Shown here piece after piece: positions 29,567 through 40,413 of a stretch of DNA of 64,000 bases. A program made the translations under genes and the position numbers. Every line of letters begins with the position of its first letter. Position 1 is the stretch's first letter. The DNA comes from Salinispira sp. GTDB taxonomy: Bacteria > Spirochaetota > Spirochaetia > DSM-27196 > Salinispiraceae. The notes under the pieces are model-generated. The model was not told the DNA's origin and did not search any database. It worked only from the letters and a program-made list of their open reading frames with translations. The stretch covers positions 288,001-352,000 of the forward strand of contig OZ271918.1 of NCBI GenBank assembly GCA_965602015.1, read 5' to 3'.

Positions 29567-31464
29567 AAAATATCGATGTGATGATTACCGCATTTCGCGA
29601 CGGTTTCCAGTCGGTGTACGGCGCCCGGGTATTCACCGATGATTTTATACCGGCGATTGAAGCCGCCCGGGATGCGGGAATAACCCATTTCGAGGCCGGA
29701 GGAGGCGCCCGATTCCAGGCCCTATACTTCTACTGCAACGAAGACGCCTTTGACATGATGGATCGGTTTCGATCCGCCGCAGGTCCCGAGGCGAATCTGC
29801 AGACCCTGTCGAGAGGAGTCAATGTGGTGGGCCTTGATTCCCAGCCGAGCGACATCATTGATTTGCACGCAAAAATGTTCAAAAAGCACGGCATGACGAC
29901 AATCAGGAATTTTGATGCCCTGAATGACGTTAATAATCTCATTCCCTCCGGGCGGGCAATCAAGGCTGCCGGGTTAAAACATGAGGTGTCGGTCACCCTC
30001 ATGTCTCTGCCGCCGGGAACCCCCGGTGAGGATATCGCTCATACGCCGGAGTTTTATTCAGCGACCCTTCGCCGTATCCTTGATTCGGGGGTGGAATTCG
30101 ATTCGGTCTGCTACAAGGATGCTTCGGGCACCTCGACGCCGAAAACCGTGTACGAGTCAATTAAGCAGGCGAAGGCCATGCTCCCCCCGGAAATACCGGT
30201 GCGTTTTCACAGCCACGATACCGTGGGTACCTGTATCGCCCAATACACCGCGGCACTGGAGGCCGGTGCAAATGGTATCGACTTGTCCATGGCTCCGGTA
30301 TCCGGCGGCACCTGCCAAAGCGACGTGATTTCCATGTGGCATGCACTGCGGGGAACCGAGTTCGACTTGGGCATCGATATTGATAAAATGCGGGAAGCCG
30401 AGGAAGTCCTAAAGGATTGCATGAAGGATTATTTTCTGCCCCCCGAATCAAAAGCCGTCGAGCCGCTGATCCCTTTTTCACCGATGCCCGGCGGAGCCCT
30501 CACCGCCAATACCCAGATGCTCAGGGATAACGGGATTATGGACCGGTATCCGGAAATAATCGCCAAGATGAGAGAGGTGGTTAAACTCGGCGGATTCGGC
30601 ACCAGCGTAACTCCCGTGTCTCAGTTTTATTTCCAGCAGGCGTTTAATAACGCCATGTTCGGAGACTGGGCCAAAATCGCCAAGGGCTACGGCAAAATGG
30701 TTCTGGGCTACTTCGGGAAAACCCCGGTTCCCGCCGACCCGGAAATCGTTAAGATTGCATCTGAGCAGTTGGGTCTGGAGCCCACGGATCGCCGGGTCGT
30801 GGAGATCAACGACGCCGATCCTGGAAAAGGTATTGCCGCCGCCGTTCGTGCGCTGGAGGCCCAGGGGCTTCCCGTCACCAATGAGAATATTTTTATAGCG
30901 GCGACCTGCAAAGAAAAAGGACTTCAGTTTCTAAAAGGAGAAGCAACCGTGGGGGTGCGAAAGCATAGCGACGGTAAAGTGCAGGAAACATCATCGCCTG
31001 CAGCCCAAACCGCTTCGCCCCCTGTCAAAACCGAGCAGCAAAGCGCCGGGGCAGCATACCGGGTCAATGTGGACGGCCGCGAGTACCGCGTACAGGTTAG
31101 GGAAGACGGTACGGCAGACCTCGCCGGCCCTCCCTACGCGGCGCAGGTACCCGCTACTTCAGCTCACAGCACCGCGGTTCCCGCACATAACGGCCCTGTC
31201 AACGATGCTCCGCCTAGCGGCAGTCCGACCGTCGCTTCCCCGGCAGTCGCAGCGAGCATAGACGCGCCGCTTCCCGGCAAAATTATCAGAGTAATGAAGG
31301 TCGCAGGCGACCGGGTGCACCGGGGTGAGACCGTGCTTGTCATTGAGGCGATGAAGATGGAAACCGAGCTCAAGAGTCCGGTGGACGGCACGGTGGCGGA
31401 AGTTCTGGTGGACTCCGGGAAGCAGGTAAATACCGGTGAGTGCCTGGTTACCTTTTTAGGATAA
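29563..31464 (+). CDS. oadA: Na+-translocating oxaloacetate decarboxylase alpha subunit with biotinyl domain
   Basis: [34 protein letters not shown]-terminal EAMKME. Confidence 0.92.
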   Translation: MKNIDVMITAFRDGFQSVYGARVFTDDFIPAIEAARDAGITHFEAGGGARFQALYFYCNEDAFDMMDRFRSAAGPEANLQTLSRGVNVVGLDSQPSDIIDLHAKMFKKHGMTTIRNFDALNDVNNLIPSGRAIKAAGLKHEVSVTLMSLPPGTPGEDIAHTPEFYSATLRRILDSGVEFDSVCYKDASGTSTPKTVYESIKQAKAMLPPEIPVRFHSHDTVGTCIAQYTAALEAGANGIDLSMAPVSGGTCQSDVISMWHALRGTEFDLGIDIDKMREAEEVLKDCMKDYFLPPESKAVEPLIPFSPMPGGALTANTQMLRDNGIMDRYPEIIAKMREVVKLGGFGTSVTPVSQFYFQQAFNNAMFGDWAKIAKGYGKMVLGYFGKTPVPADPEIVKIASEQLGLEPTDRRVVEINDADPGKGIAAAVRALEAQGLPVTNENIFIAATCKEKGLQFLKGEATVGVRKHSDGKVQETSSPAAQTASPPVKTEQQSAGAAYRVNVDGREYRVQVREDGTADLAGPPYAAQVPATSAHSTAVPAHNGPVNDAPPSGSPTVASPAVAASIDAPLPGKIIRVMKVAGDRVHRGETVLVIEAMKMETELKSPVDGTVAEVLVDSGKQVNTGECLVTFLG

Positions 31465-31472
31465 GTGCTGCT

Positions 31473-32648
31473 ATGAATATTGCGCAATCCCTCGGAGAGC
31501 TGTGGCGATCAACCGGGGCCTTCGGCTTTACCCAATCCTCAATGATGTTATTCGGATGGCTCCCCGGGGAGGCGGTGATGATAGTCATCGCCCTGGTTCT
31601 CCTGTATTTGGGTATCGTCCGGGGCTTCGAACCCTTGCTGCTCATTCCCATCGGCTTCGGCGGATTGCTGGCAAACATTCCCCTGGCGGACATAGCCGGT
31701 CCCGACGGCTTTCTGGGTATCATTTCCGCTTTCGGAGTGGACAATGGTCTGTTCCCCCTTCTGATTTTTATGGGGGTAGGCGCCATGACGGACTTCGGAC
31801 CGCTTCTGGCCCATCCGAAAACTGCGCTGCTGGGAGCAGCCGCCCAATTTGGCATATTTTTTACCTTTCTCGCGGCTCTCGGGCTCTCGGACATAATTCC
31901 CGGCGTCGAGTTTTCCATTCGCGAAGCGTCGGCCATCAGCATAATCGGAGGGGCCGACGGACCTACGGCTATCTACGTGGCCAACAAGCTGGCGGACAAT
32001 CTCCTGGGGGCCATAGCCGTTGCGGCCTATTCATATATGGCTCTGGTGCCCATCATCCAGCCGCCGATTATGCGCATGCTTACCAGCAAGGAGGAGCGGC
32101 GCATAAAAATGAAACAGCTCCGACCGGTGTCCCGACGGGAAAAGATTATTTTTCCCGTATTGGTCCTTATTCTGTGCGCCTTGTTCCTTCCCGACGCCAC
32201 TCCCCTTATCGGAGCACTGATGTTCGGCAACCTCGCCCGGGAGGCCGGCGTGGTGGACAGGCTTTCTGAAACCATGCAGAATTCCATGATCAATATCGTC
32301 ACAATTCTGTTAGGTCTCTCTGTAGGCTCGAAGCTACAGGCTGCCAAGTTCCTCAAAGCCGAAACACTAGGCATACTTGTTCTCGGTCTGCTCGCTTTCA
32401 GCGTCGGTACCGCGGCCGGAGTTCTTCTGGGCAAACTTATGAATCGCCTGTCCCGGGAAAAGATCAATCCCCTTATCGGAGCAGCGGGAGTCTCGGCGGT
32501 GCCCATGGCGGCCAGGGTGGCGAGCAAGCTCGGGCAGGATGAGGATCCCGATAACATCCTGCTGATGCATGCCATGGGGCCGAATGTGGCGGGGGTCATA
32601 GGTTCCGCAGTGGCGGCCGGCATCCTGATTGCCCTCAGTTCAGTGTAA
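31473..32648 (+). CDS. oadB: Na+-translocating decarboxylase beta subunit
   Basis: [62 protein letters not shown]. Confidence 0.95.
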   Translation: MNIAQSLGELWRSTGAFGFTQSSMMLFGWLPGEAVMIVIALVLLYLGIVRGFEPLLLIPIGFGGLLANIPLADIAGPDGFLGIISAFGVDNGLFPLLIFMGVGAMTDFGPLLAHPKTALLGAAAQFGIFFTFLAALGLSDIIPGVEFSIREASAISIIGGADGPTAIYVANKLADNLLGAIAVAAYSYMALVPIIQPPIMRMLTSKEERRIKMKQLRPVSRREKIIFPVLVLILCALFLPDATPLIGALMFGNLAREAGVVDRLSETMQNSMINIVTILLGLSVGSKLQAAKFLKAETLGILVLGLLAFSVGTAAGVLLGKLMNRLSREKINPLIGAAGVSAVPMAARVASKLGQDEDPDNILLMHAMGPNVAGVIGSAVAAGILIALSSV

Positions 32649-32730
32649 TTTCTGCTCAGTGTAAATTATGACCCGCGACTGGCAAAGCTGATTAAAAACG
32701 CCTACAATTTCTATCAAAAGGCAGGGTAAT

Positions 32731-34086
32731 TTGGCAGGGACACTTTTGCGAACCATAGAACTCCTCAAATCTGCGGTCGACGAACTCTCGATACCCGCAT
32801 CCTTGGCTGATATCGAACGGGTGGGAATTATGGTCAACAAGGCGATGTCCACTCAGGCCAGAAGTTTTCACACTGCAGAGCATATTTTCAATTTGGTAAG
32901 ACCGGGGTACCCCCTGCAAACCATGGCGGCCCTCTTTCACGACATCGTCTACTACACGATTGATCAGGGTTTTGTTCCTGAGATCGAAGAAATTCTCATG
33001 AACTATGTGGAGGAGAGGGATGACGGGGTCTATATCCGGGATGATCTGGACCCGGAGGCCAGCTGTATTAGAGGTGTCCTCGGCGTCTTTGGTTTTGCTC
33101 CGGGTGATAAGCTTCCGGCTTTCGGAGGCATGAACGAGCTGCTTTCCGCAGTGGTGTTCGTCCATGAATTCGAAAACATGATGAACCACCGCCACATTCT
33201 GGAAGTCATCAGCTATATTGAAGCGACCATTCCCTTCAGAAAACCAAATGACAGCGGGCAAACTCCGCCTGAGGCCCTGGCCGAGAGAATACGCATGCTC
33301 AACGATAAATATAGTCTTGAGCTGAGCGATGAACACATCGTCGAAACCGTCCAGGCGGCAGTACGCTTCGCCAATACCGATGTGGAGAATTTTGCGGAAA
33401 AAGATGTGGCAGCCTTCCTGGATAACACCTGGAAGCTGCTGCCGGAAACCAATCCCTCCCTGCGGACAACCGGTCTGTACACCGTTAAAAATTACCGAAT
33501 AGCCCTGCAAAAAATGGAAGGCTTTATGAACTTCCTCGATCCCGGGCTGATTTTTTCATCTTTTGAGGGAATGCCTGGTGAAAACGAGCTTGGGGAACTC
33601 AATTCCCGGGCCAAACGGAATGTCATTGCTGCCCGGGACTATTTGGGAATTAAACTGTTAACCACCGGAATTCTGGAGGCAATAGCCGATGTCTCCGGAG
33701 GCGATGTTCCCATCGCCCTTCTCATGGGTGATATCTCCGATGAGGAGAGCCTGGAGAAGTTTGAGAATATGCTGCCCCCACTGAAAGTGCAGGCCGGTGC
33801 GGCAATCGGATCTACGGTTTTCCGTTTGCTTGCTGAAGGGCGCAAACAGGGAAGTTCATTCGATCTTAACCGAAGCCCGTTATCAAAATTCATATACCTG
33901 CACATCGGCACCACCCACATGAAGAAATATCTGCAGCCCCTCGCCGAAATGTTTGACGGCAAACGGAGCGCCGAATCCTTTCTCAAGGAACTGCCGCGGG
34001 ATTTGGTGCTGCCGGTTGTCAAAGCCTGTGGTGAAATGGCCTTTACCCGGAAAACCCCCCTTCTTGATTTCGCCGCGAAGCTCTGA
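32731..34086 (+). CDS. Hypothetical protein, possibly HD-superfamily metal-dependent phosphohydrolase-like
   Basis: RSFHTAEH...AALFHDIVY...IEAT...NTDV pattern resembles predicted HD hydrolases. Confidence 0.55.
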   Translation: MAGTLLRTIELLKSAVDELSIPASLADIERVGIMVNKAMSTQARSFHTAEHIFNLVRPGYPLQTMAALFHDIVYYTIDQGFVPEIEEILMNYVEERDDGVYIRDDLDPEASCIRGVLGVFGFAPGDKLPAFGGMNELLSAVVFVHEFENMMNHRHILEVISYIEATIPFRKPNDSGQTPPEALAERIRMLNDKYSLELSDEHIVETVQAAVRFANTDVENFAEKDVAAFLDNTWKLLPETNPSLRTTGLYTVKNYRIALQKMEGFMNFLDPGLIFSSFEGMPGENELGELNSRAKRNVIAARDYLGIKLLTTGILEAIADVSGGDVPIALLMGDISDEESLEKFENMLPPLKVQAGAAIGSTVFRLLAEGRKQGSSFDLNRSPLSKFIYLHIGTTHMKKYLQPLAEMFDGKRSAESFLKELPRDLVLPVVKACGEMAFTRKTPLLDFAAKL

Positions 34087-34096
34087 CAAATACGAA

Positions 34097-34116
34097 GTGC
34101 CCCCAAAACAGCTGAT
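34097..34116 (+). repeat. Solo copy of the 20-bp repeat
   Basis: Exact GTGCCCCCAAAACAGCTGAT followed by TTAAA; no partner ~145 bp away. Confidence 0.9.
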
Positions 34117-34196
34117 TTAAATCTTCTTCGCAACTAAATTCCAGCCTTCCGGGCTGGGCCGGGGGAGCTCCGTGGACTGCCCCCGGTAAGCCTTCT

Positions 34197-35594
34197 CTAT
34201 CGCAAGCGGTAGACCCGGTATTCGTATGGCTCAAAATCAAGCGTTCCTGCGGTTTGCATTTTGTTGCCGCTGAACAGTTCGATATATTCTCCCTGATACT
34301 CTTCCGGCAGGGTGAGCTGCTGGACTTCATCGGTTTTGTTCACCAGCACCATCAGTTCCTCCGCTTCAGCGCGCCGTACATATGATAGTACTGCCCGGCC
34401 GTTGTCCTGCCGTACCCGCTTGATATCCCCGAAACGGAGAGCCGGGCTTGACTGCCAGATTCGGCCGAGTTCTGTGTAAAAGCTTCGGATTTCGGGATTC
34501 TGGTCCCAGTCGTAGTTCCATTTGTCGAAAAACGCCCAACTGTCTTCATTGCCGATTTCCTGTCCGTTGTAAATGAGGGGCACGCCGGGCATAAATAGAT
34601 GGCCGACGGCTGCCGCCATGGCGCCTTCCTGTCCGCCGAAAAGCTCACTCGGGGCGGCATCCCAGGCGGTTTCGTCATGATTGGTGGTAAAACGCATATA
34701 TCCCGCATCGCCGATATTCTTCTGTTCGGTTTCGACGCTTGCTACGAATACGCTGGCTCCGCCGCCCCGCCAGACATTCTTAAGGTTCCCGTAGGCTGAC
34801 CATGCATAAATCAGCTGGTAGCCCGCGTCTCTCAGGGTTGCATCGCCTGTTTCACCGAGTAACAGCACTGGTTTGATGTCCTTCACCCGGGGGATGCTCT
34901 CCTCCCAAAAATCCCTGGGAATCATCGAGGCAGTATCGACCCGGTAACCGTCGATATCAAACTCCGAAACCCAGTACATCATCACATTGGTGAGTTCTTC
35001 CCTCAGTTCAGCGTTGGAAAAATCCAGGTCTGCCACATCGCTCCAGTCGGCTACCGGAGGCATCATGTTTCCCGAGTCATCTCGTGAGTACCATTCGGGG
35101 TTTTCTTCAACCCAGGGGTGATCCCATGCGGTGTGGTTTATCACCAGGTCGAGGATGATATGCATGCCTCTGCGGTGTATTTCATCGACCAGGGTCCGGA
35201 AGTCCTCATCGCTTCCGTATGCCGGGTCTACGGCGTAGTAGTCGGTAATTGAATAGGGCGAACCCAGAGGACCCTTCCGCTCGATTTCGCCGATGGGATG
35301 TATCGGCATCAGCCAGATGGTCTCGACGCCCAGGGACTGAATTTCATCAAGCCGGGGAATGATCGCCTGAAAGGTTCCTTCTGGAGTAAAGTCACGGACA
35401 AACAACTCGTAAATAAGACCTTCCTGTATCCACGAGGGCTCCAGGCGGGTTTCAACGATTTCCTGGCCGGCCCTGGTGCCTTCCGGCGGCGGGGGCAGGC
35501 TGGGTCCACAGGAAATCGCCACAGTGGAAAATACCGCAACCATTATTGCGGAGAAAATCTTTACCGGGTTAGAACTGAATCGGGTATTGAACAT
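34197..35594 (-). CDS. GH13 alpha-amylase family lipoprotein
   Basis: Lipobox AISC; IWLMPIHP, DLVINHTAWDH, DGYRVDTA, LLGE, TTNHDE. Confidence 0.92.
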   Translation of the reverse strand: MFNTRFSSNPVKIFSAIMVAVFSTVAISCGPSLPPPPEGTRAGQEIVETRLEPSWIQEGLIYELFVRDFTPEGTFQAIIPRLDEIQSLGVETIWLMPIHPIGEIERKGPLGSPYSITDYYAVDPAYGSDEDFRTLVDEIHRRGMHIILDLVINHTAWDHPWVEENPEWYSRDDSGNMMPPVADWSDVADLDFSNAELREELTNVMMYWVSEFDIDGYRVDTASMIPRDFWEESIPRVKDIKPVLLLGETGDATLRDAGYQLIYAWSAYGNLKNVWRGGGASVFVASVETEQKNIGDAGYMRFTTNHDETAWDAAPSELFGGQEGAMAAAVGHLFMPGVPLIYNGQEIGNEDSWAFFDKWNYDWDQNPEIRSFYTELGRIWQSSPALRFGDIKRVRQDNGRAVLSYVRRAEAEELMVLVNKTDEVQQLTLPEEYQGEYIELFSGNKMQTAGTLDFEPYEYRVYRLR

Positions 35595-35714
35595 CGCATA
35601 TTGCTCCTGTTTTTCTTGATAAAATCCCAGGAGAATCCTAACAGCAGATCGGGGAAATCACAAGTTTTCTCTCCGGTATTGAACCATCGGTCAGAAAGGC
35701 GTAGCTTATAGCCG

Positions 35715-36320
35715 ATGAATATCTGTTATGCTAATCCCTTTGCTTGGAAAAGAGTAAAAATTCTGACGGCAGCGTTCTTTTTATTCGGACTTATTTTGTC
35801 TCCGCTGTTCGCCCATCCCCATATCTGGATAGATGTAGAGTTTCGACCGACTATACAAAACGGCGTCATGGAGAGTCTGGAAATCCTCTGGATCTTCGAT
35901 GAATGGTACAGCGCCGGGTACCTCCTGGACTTCGATACCGACGGTAACCGCAGCTTCGATCCCCGGGAGGTGGCGAACATCTACGAAAATGCGTTTCGCG
36001 GATTGGATGAGCTCGATTATTTCACCCAGATAACTTACCGCGGAAGGAGACTCGATATTCCCGGTCCGCGGATGTTCGCCGCTGATTTTATCGATGGGCG
36101 ATTGATATATCGATTTGCCATGGACTTTAATCAACGAGTGTCGGCCGGGGGCGAACTGGTGGCTCTATGTGTGGATCCGGAATACTACATCGCGTTTTTT
36201 TCCAATGAAGTCAGGCCTGAAGGGGACGGGAGCCTGAGGCCGATTCTCCGGGAGACCATCATCGACTTTGACATCTGGGGCAGCCACGGCTTGCAAACCA
36301 TGGTTATTTCTCGCAGATAA
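35715..36320 (+). CDS. DUF1007 family periplasmic protein (ZevA-like)
   Basis: Signal peptide then AHPHIWID, W.FDEWYS, DPEYYIAF. Confidence 0.85.
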   Translation: MNICYANPFAWKRVKILTAAFFLFGLILSPLFAHPHIWIDVEFRPTIQNGVMESLEILWIFDEWYSAGYLLDFDTDGNRSFDPREVANIYENAFRGLDELDYFTQITYRGRRLDIPGPRMFAADFIDGRLIYRFAMDFNQRVSAGGELVALCVDPEYYIAFFSNEVRPEGDGSLRPILRETIIDFDIWGSHGLQTMVISRR

Positions 36321-36326
36321 TATTCA

Positions 36327-36471
36327 GTGCCCCCAAAACAGCTGATTTTCAGGCTGTAAAATGCTCTATGATAAGCAGAAACGGGCATTTTTCTCGAGCG
36401 CGCGATTGACGGCGCTTAATTCCAATCCTGTGAACAGATTACATGATTTAAATCAGCTGTTTTGGGGGCAC
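36327..36471. repeat. Inverted-repeat doublet 3 (MITE/REPIN-like, 145 bp)
   Basis: Same 20-bp ends at 36327-36346 and 36452-36471; 105-bp interior. Confidence 0.92.
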
Positions 36472-36486
36472 TACTAAAAATACCCA

Positions 36487-37533
36487 CTAACCCGCTATCT
36501 GGCTTAAAAGCAATAAAACCGCCGCAACTATTATAATAACCAGACCGCCGGCTTCCACCCATTCGGCTGCCGCAGCGCCGACCTTGCCGGAAAATCTCCT
36601 GACGATAAACTCCCTTCCCCGAATCAAACCGACAGTGAGAACTGCCATGCTGATAAACCCTCCCAGAGAAACGCCGGCGACCAGAATTATGGAATGAAAC
36701 ACAAGTCCGTTAACCACACCAAAAATGAGAAGAACGGTGCTGACCGGACAGGGAATGATGCCGATGCTCAGGGCCAGCCACAGGGGGTTTTGCCGCCGAC
36801 CGGGTTTGCCGGTCACCGAGGGGTCGTCGGAAGGCGTGCCGTCGCTAGCTGTCCGGTCGTGGCCCGGTGAATGGTCTTCTGAATGCCGGTGATGATCATC
36901 CGGACCATCATGATGGTGGTGATGGCCTCCAGTTCCCCCATGGTGGTGATGTCCTCCGGGGAGCCAGTGGCTGAGAAGATGGCCGCCGCTGAGGACAATC
37001 ACGAGGCTGTAACTGATTATCTGAATAATCCGGCTGACTTCTCCTTGAATTTCGCCGACGCTGAGGGAAAGTAATCCGTAGCCCCCAAAAACCAGGGCGG
37101 CGGCTGAAAGGCTGTCGACGATGTTTATTCCCGCAGCTAAAACCAGGCTCTGGGAGACTCGGGCGTTGCGGGTGGAGACATAACTGAAGGTGAAAAGTTT
37201 TCCGTGACCGGGTCCGAGAACATGTATCATTCCAAAAAGCACGGCGGTAAGGAAGGATAGCAGCACAACGCCGAGATTTCCCCCTGCGCGTACCATTCTG
37301 CTGTAGCCGGCGATGGCCTGCTGGAGGTTGCGGCTCCAATTCAAAAAGAACTCAGGTACCGGTCCGCGGTAGGTTGCCGCAGGCCCATCTTCGATCTGCC
37401 CATCTTCCTGGGCTTCGGTGTTTCCCCGGTCTCCGCTGCTTCGAAACGGGTCCTGGGCCGTCAGCGACGGGACGAGTAGGATGAAAATCGAGATAAGAAT
37501 CAGTGCGAGCCGAAGGGGACGTAGTACATTCAT
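36487..37533 (-). CDS. Nickel/cobalt transporter (RcnA/NiCoT/ZevB-like)
   Basis: GMIHVLGPGHGK, His-rich loop, GIIPCP. Confidence 0.88.
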   Translation of the reverse strand: MNVLRPLRLALILISIFILLVPSLTAQDPFRSSGDRGNTEAQEDGQIEDGPAATYRGPVPEFFLNWSRNLQQAIAGYSRMVRAGGNLGVVLLSFLTAVLFGMIHVLGPGHGKLFTFSYVSTRNARVSQSLVLAAGINIVDSLSAAALVFGGYGLLSLSVGEIQGEVSRIIQIISYSLVIVLSGGHLLSHWLPGGHHHHGGTGGHHHHHDGPDDHHRHSEDHSPGHDRTASDGTPSDDPSVTGKPGRRQNPLWLALSIGIIPCPVSTVLLIFGVVNGLVFHSIILVAGVSLGGFISMAVLTVGLIRGREFIVRRFSGKVGAAAAEWVEAGGLVIIIVAAVLLLLSQIAG

Positions 37534-37591
37534 GGCACTACCATGCCCGACGGCCTGCCCTCAGGTCAAGCGGAGCAAATGTACTGCAAGC

Positions 37592-38455
37592 TCAATGAAA
37601 CTGCCTGACAATTTCTTCGATATCCAGAGTTTTTCCTGGTTTTCTGTCATGGGCTTTCATGGCTGTGGCATGAAGTTCATCCAGCCGATCGTTCAGGGTC
37701 GGCCTGATTTCCCGGAAAAAGATGCCCGAGTAGCGCGGCTTCTCGCTGTACGCCGCGGCGAATGCCCGCATTTTGTCGTTCTCAGGGAAATCATCAGGCA
37801 GTTCCTCCCAGCCGGTTTTCAACACCTCCCATGGCATTGCCTGATAGGTCACACAGGGACTCATTATTTGGACGATGCTGAAACCCCGGTGATCCAGGGC
37901 AGCCCGGAGTACCGAACGCAGCTGGGGCTGGTTAAGCACCTGAACACGGGCGACGAAGCTGGCGTCGTAAGCGAGGAACATCGGCAGGGGATGGAGGGGC
38001 GCATCCTGGGGACCGTAAGGTGCGGTTTTTGTGCGGAAAGTCCCATCGGTGGTGGGGGAAGTCTGCCCCTTTGTCAGCCCATAAATATTGTTGTCCAGCA
38101 GCAGATAGGTTATGTCGATATTTTTCCGGGCCGCATGGGCGATGTGACCCCCGCCTATGCTTAAACCATCGCCGTCACCGCCTACTGCAATAACATGCAG
38201 GTCCGGCCGGGCCGCTTTGAGTCCCGTCGCAGTGGGAACTGCCCGGCCGTGGGTGCCGTGCAGGGCGTACACATTGTAGTAATGGCTGAATCTCCCGGAA
38301 CAACCAATTCCCGAGACCATGCCGATTTCATGGGGAGGCAGGGCCATTTCTTCCAATACCTTGTTCAGGGCATTGTACACCGCATAATCGCCGCAACCCG
38401 GGCACCAAATCGGCTTTATACCGTCTTTTTTAAGGCTGGGTAATGGTTTCTTCAT
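37592..38455 (-). CDS. 2-oxoacid:ferredoxin oxidoreductase beta subunit
   Basis: WCPGCGD, SGIGCS, HGRA, GGDGD..SIGGGH, NNIYGLTKGQTSPT, SPCVT. Confidence 0.95.
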   Translation of the reverse strand: MKKPLPSLKKDGIKPIWCPGCGDYAVYNALNKVLEEMALPPHEIGMVSGIGCSGRFSHYYNVYALHGTHGRAVPTATGLKAARPDLHVIAVGGDGDGLSIGGGHIAHAARKNIDITYLLLDNNIYGLTKGQTSPTTDGTFRTKTAPYGPQDAPLHPLPMFLAYDASFVARVQVLNQPQLRSVLRAALDHRGFSIVQIMSPCVTYQAMPWEVLKTGWEELPDDFPENDKMRAFAAAYSEKPRYSGIFFREIRPTLNDRLDELHATAMKAHDRKPGKTLDIEEIVRQFH

Positions 38456-40265
38456 TTGCAATCCTCGCCACTTTTTCAATGCTGCGGAATATTTCTTCCG
38501 GAGTGAATGGCACCCCTTCGCATTTGTGCACTTCGATGGGTCTTACCCTAAACCGGGCAGTAATTAGATGGGCGAACTGGCCCGAAAGGTTTTCCTCTAC
38601 GATAATCAGATAGCGCAGGTGAAGCAAAAAACGCCCGATCTGCTTCTCCGGTAGGGGCCAGATGGTGTGGGGGTGCAGATGGCGCACCAGAATTCCCTGT
38701 TCTTCGGCCATGTACCGGGCTTCCCTGATGGCCCCCTCTGTTGAACCCCACCCGATGATTCCGATATCGGCGTTTGGATCGCCGTTGAACTCAATGGGGT
38801 TCTTTTCGAAATCCCTGCTGATGGTGAACATTTTGCGCTGCCTTCGCTTGCTCATCTTTAGATGGGTAGGCGGGGTCTGGTCTGCATAGCCGTACTCATC
38901 GTGTTCTATTCCCGTAGCCAGATACTGGCCTCCCGGGGTGCCGGGCCGGGTGATGGGGCTCATGCCGTCTTTTGTGTCTTCGTATCGTTTGAAATCCACG
39001 AGCTCATGTTCCCGGGGGGCCAGACGGGTAATGATGGGAACCGTGTCCGCCTTCGGAACCTTGAAGTGCTCCCTGGTCTGGGTGCTGTCCTTGTATACGA
39101 AGCGGCTGAAGTCGGGCATTTCCACCGTGGCTTTGCGGTATCCGATCGATTGGTCCAGGAGCATTATCACCGGCAGCTGATAGCGCTCTGCCAGGTTGAA
39201 GGCCCGGATGGTCTGATAATAGCTGTCCTGAACCGAAGTCGGCGCAAGGATTATTCGCGGTGACTCGCCGGCGCTTCCGTACACCGCAAACTTCAGATCA
39301 GACTGCTCGGTTTTTGTCGGAAGCCCGGTGCTCGGTCCTCCCCGCTGGACATCAACCACCACCATGGGCGTTTCGATCATTGCGCCAAGGCTGAGCTGCT
39401 CTGCCATGAGCTGCAGGCCCGGTCCGCTGGTGGGCACGATGACTTTTTCCCCGCCGAATGAAGCCCCGATAATCGCCGAAATCGCGGCGATTTCATCCTC
39501 CATCTGCAAGGCCTTGCCGCCGGCTTGGGGCATAAGCCGGGCCAGGGTTTCAAAGATCGATGTGGATGGGGTTATGGGATAGCCCGCCACAAAGCGGCAG
39601 CCCGCGGTTATGGCACCCAGGGCGACTGCCTCATTACCCGACAGGAACATGTAATTTTCTTTTGCCGGCGGCGCGGCCGAGAGGGCAAAGCGCGGTTCCA
39701 GGCCTTCCCGGGTCGCGTATTCATACCCGCCGTGCAATGCGCTGACGTTTTTGTCGATGAGCACGCTGCCTTTTTTCCCGTAGCGCTCAGTCAGGAGCTT
39801 TTCCGAAACCTGCTGGTCGACCCCGAAGAGCCGGCCCAGAACCCCCTGTGCCACGGCGTTTTTGCTCCGTTCTGACCCGGCGACTTCCTTTGCCAGACGG
39901 GTAAAGGGCACGGGAATGCACTGAATATCTATCAGCTCTTCGGGAACCACCGTATCGGGGTCATAGTAGAGCACGCCCCCGGGCTTCACATCCTGGATGC
40001 TCCGGTCATAACCCCGCTGGTTAAAGGCCACAAGATAGTCGACCTTGCTGCCCAGGGAGTAAATGGTATTGTCCCTGACCCGGATCTGGATCATGGAATA
40101 ACCGCCCTTCATCTCCGCCGGATAGGTGATAAAGGTGAATACATGGTATTTCGTTCGGGATGCGGCTTTGGCGAACAGTTCGCCGCAGCTAATGACCCCT
40201 TCGCCGGCTTCTCCGGCGAGCCTGATGATAAAATCAACATCGGAGCGGTACGCCCTGGCTTTCAT
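38430..40265 (-). CDS. 2-oxoacid:ferredoxin oxidoreductase alpha subunit (fused gamma-alpha)
   Basis: GEAGEGVIS.G, GNEAVALGA, AGYPITPST, QMEDEIAA, TSGPG, QRGGPSTGLPTKTEQSD. Confidence 0.95.
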   Translation of the reverse strand: MKARAYRSDVDFIIRLAGEAGEGVISCGELFAKAASRTKYHVFTFITYPAEMKGGYSMIQIRVRDNTIYSLGSKVDYLVAFNQRGYDRSIQDVKPGGVLYYDPDTVVPEELIDIQCIPVPFTRLAKEVAGSERSKNAVAQGVLGRLFGVDQQVSEKLLTERYGKKGSVLIDKNVSALHGGYEYATREGLEPRFALSAAPPAKENYMFLSGNEAVALGAITAGCRFVAGYPITPSTSIFETLARLMPQAGGKALQMEDEIAAISAIIGASFGGEKVIVPTSGPGLQLMAEQLSLGAMIETPMVVVDVQRGGPSTGLPTKTEQSDLKFAVYGSAGESPRIILAPTSVQDSYYQTIRAFNLAERYQLPVIMLLDQSIGYRKATVEMPDFSRFVYKDSTQTREHFKVPKADTVPIITRLAPREHELVDFKRYEDTKDGMSPITRPGTPGGQYLATGIEHDEYGYADQTPPTHLKMSKRRQRKMFTISRDFEKNPIEFNGDPNADIGIIGWGSTEGAIREARYMAEEQGILVRHLHPHTIWPLPEKQIGRFLLHLRYLIIVEENLSGQFAHLITARFRVRPIEVHKCEGVPFTPEEIFRSIEKVARIANEETITQP

Positions 40266-40413
40266 GCAGGCCTCCTGCCCTAATAATATCCCGAAAATCC
40301 CACTTGTAAAGCGTGTAATTCAATATATTGAACGATTTTTGCCGGAGAATCCTGGTAGATTGCCCAATCGCACATACTTGTCGCGCTTATGACGGCCACG
40401 GTACTATTTCCCG

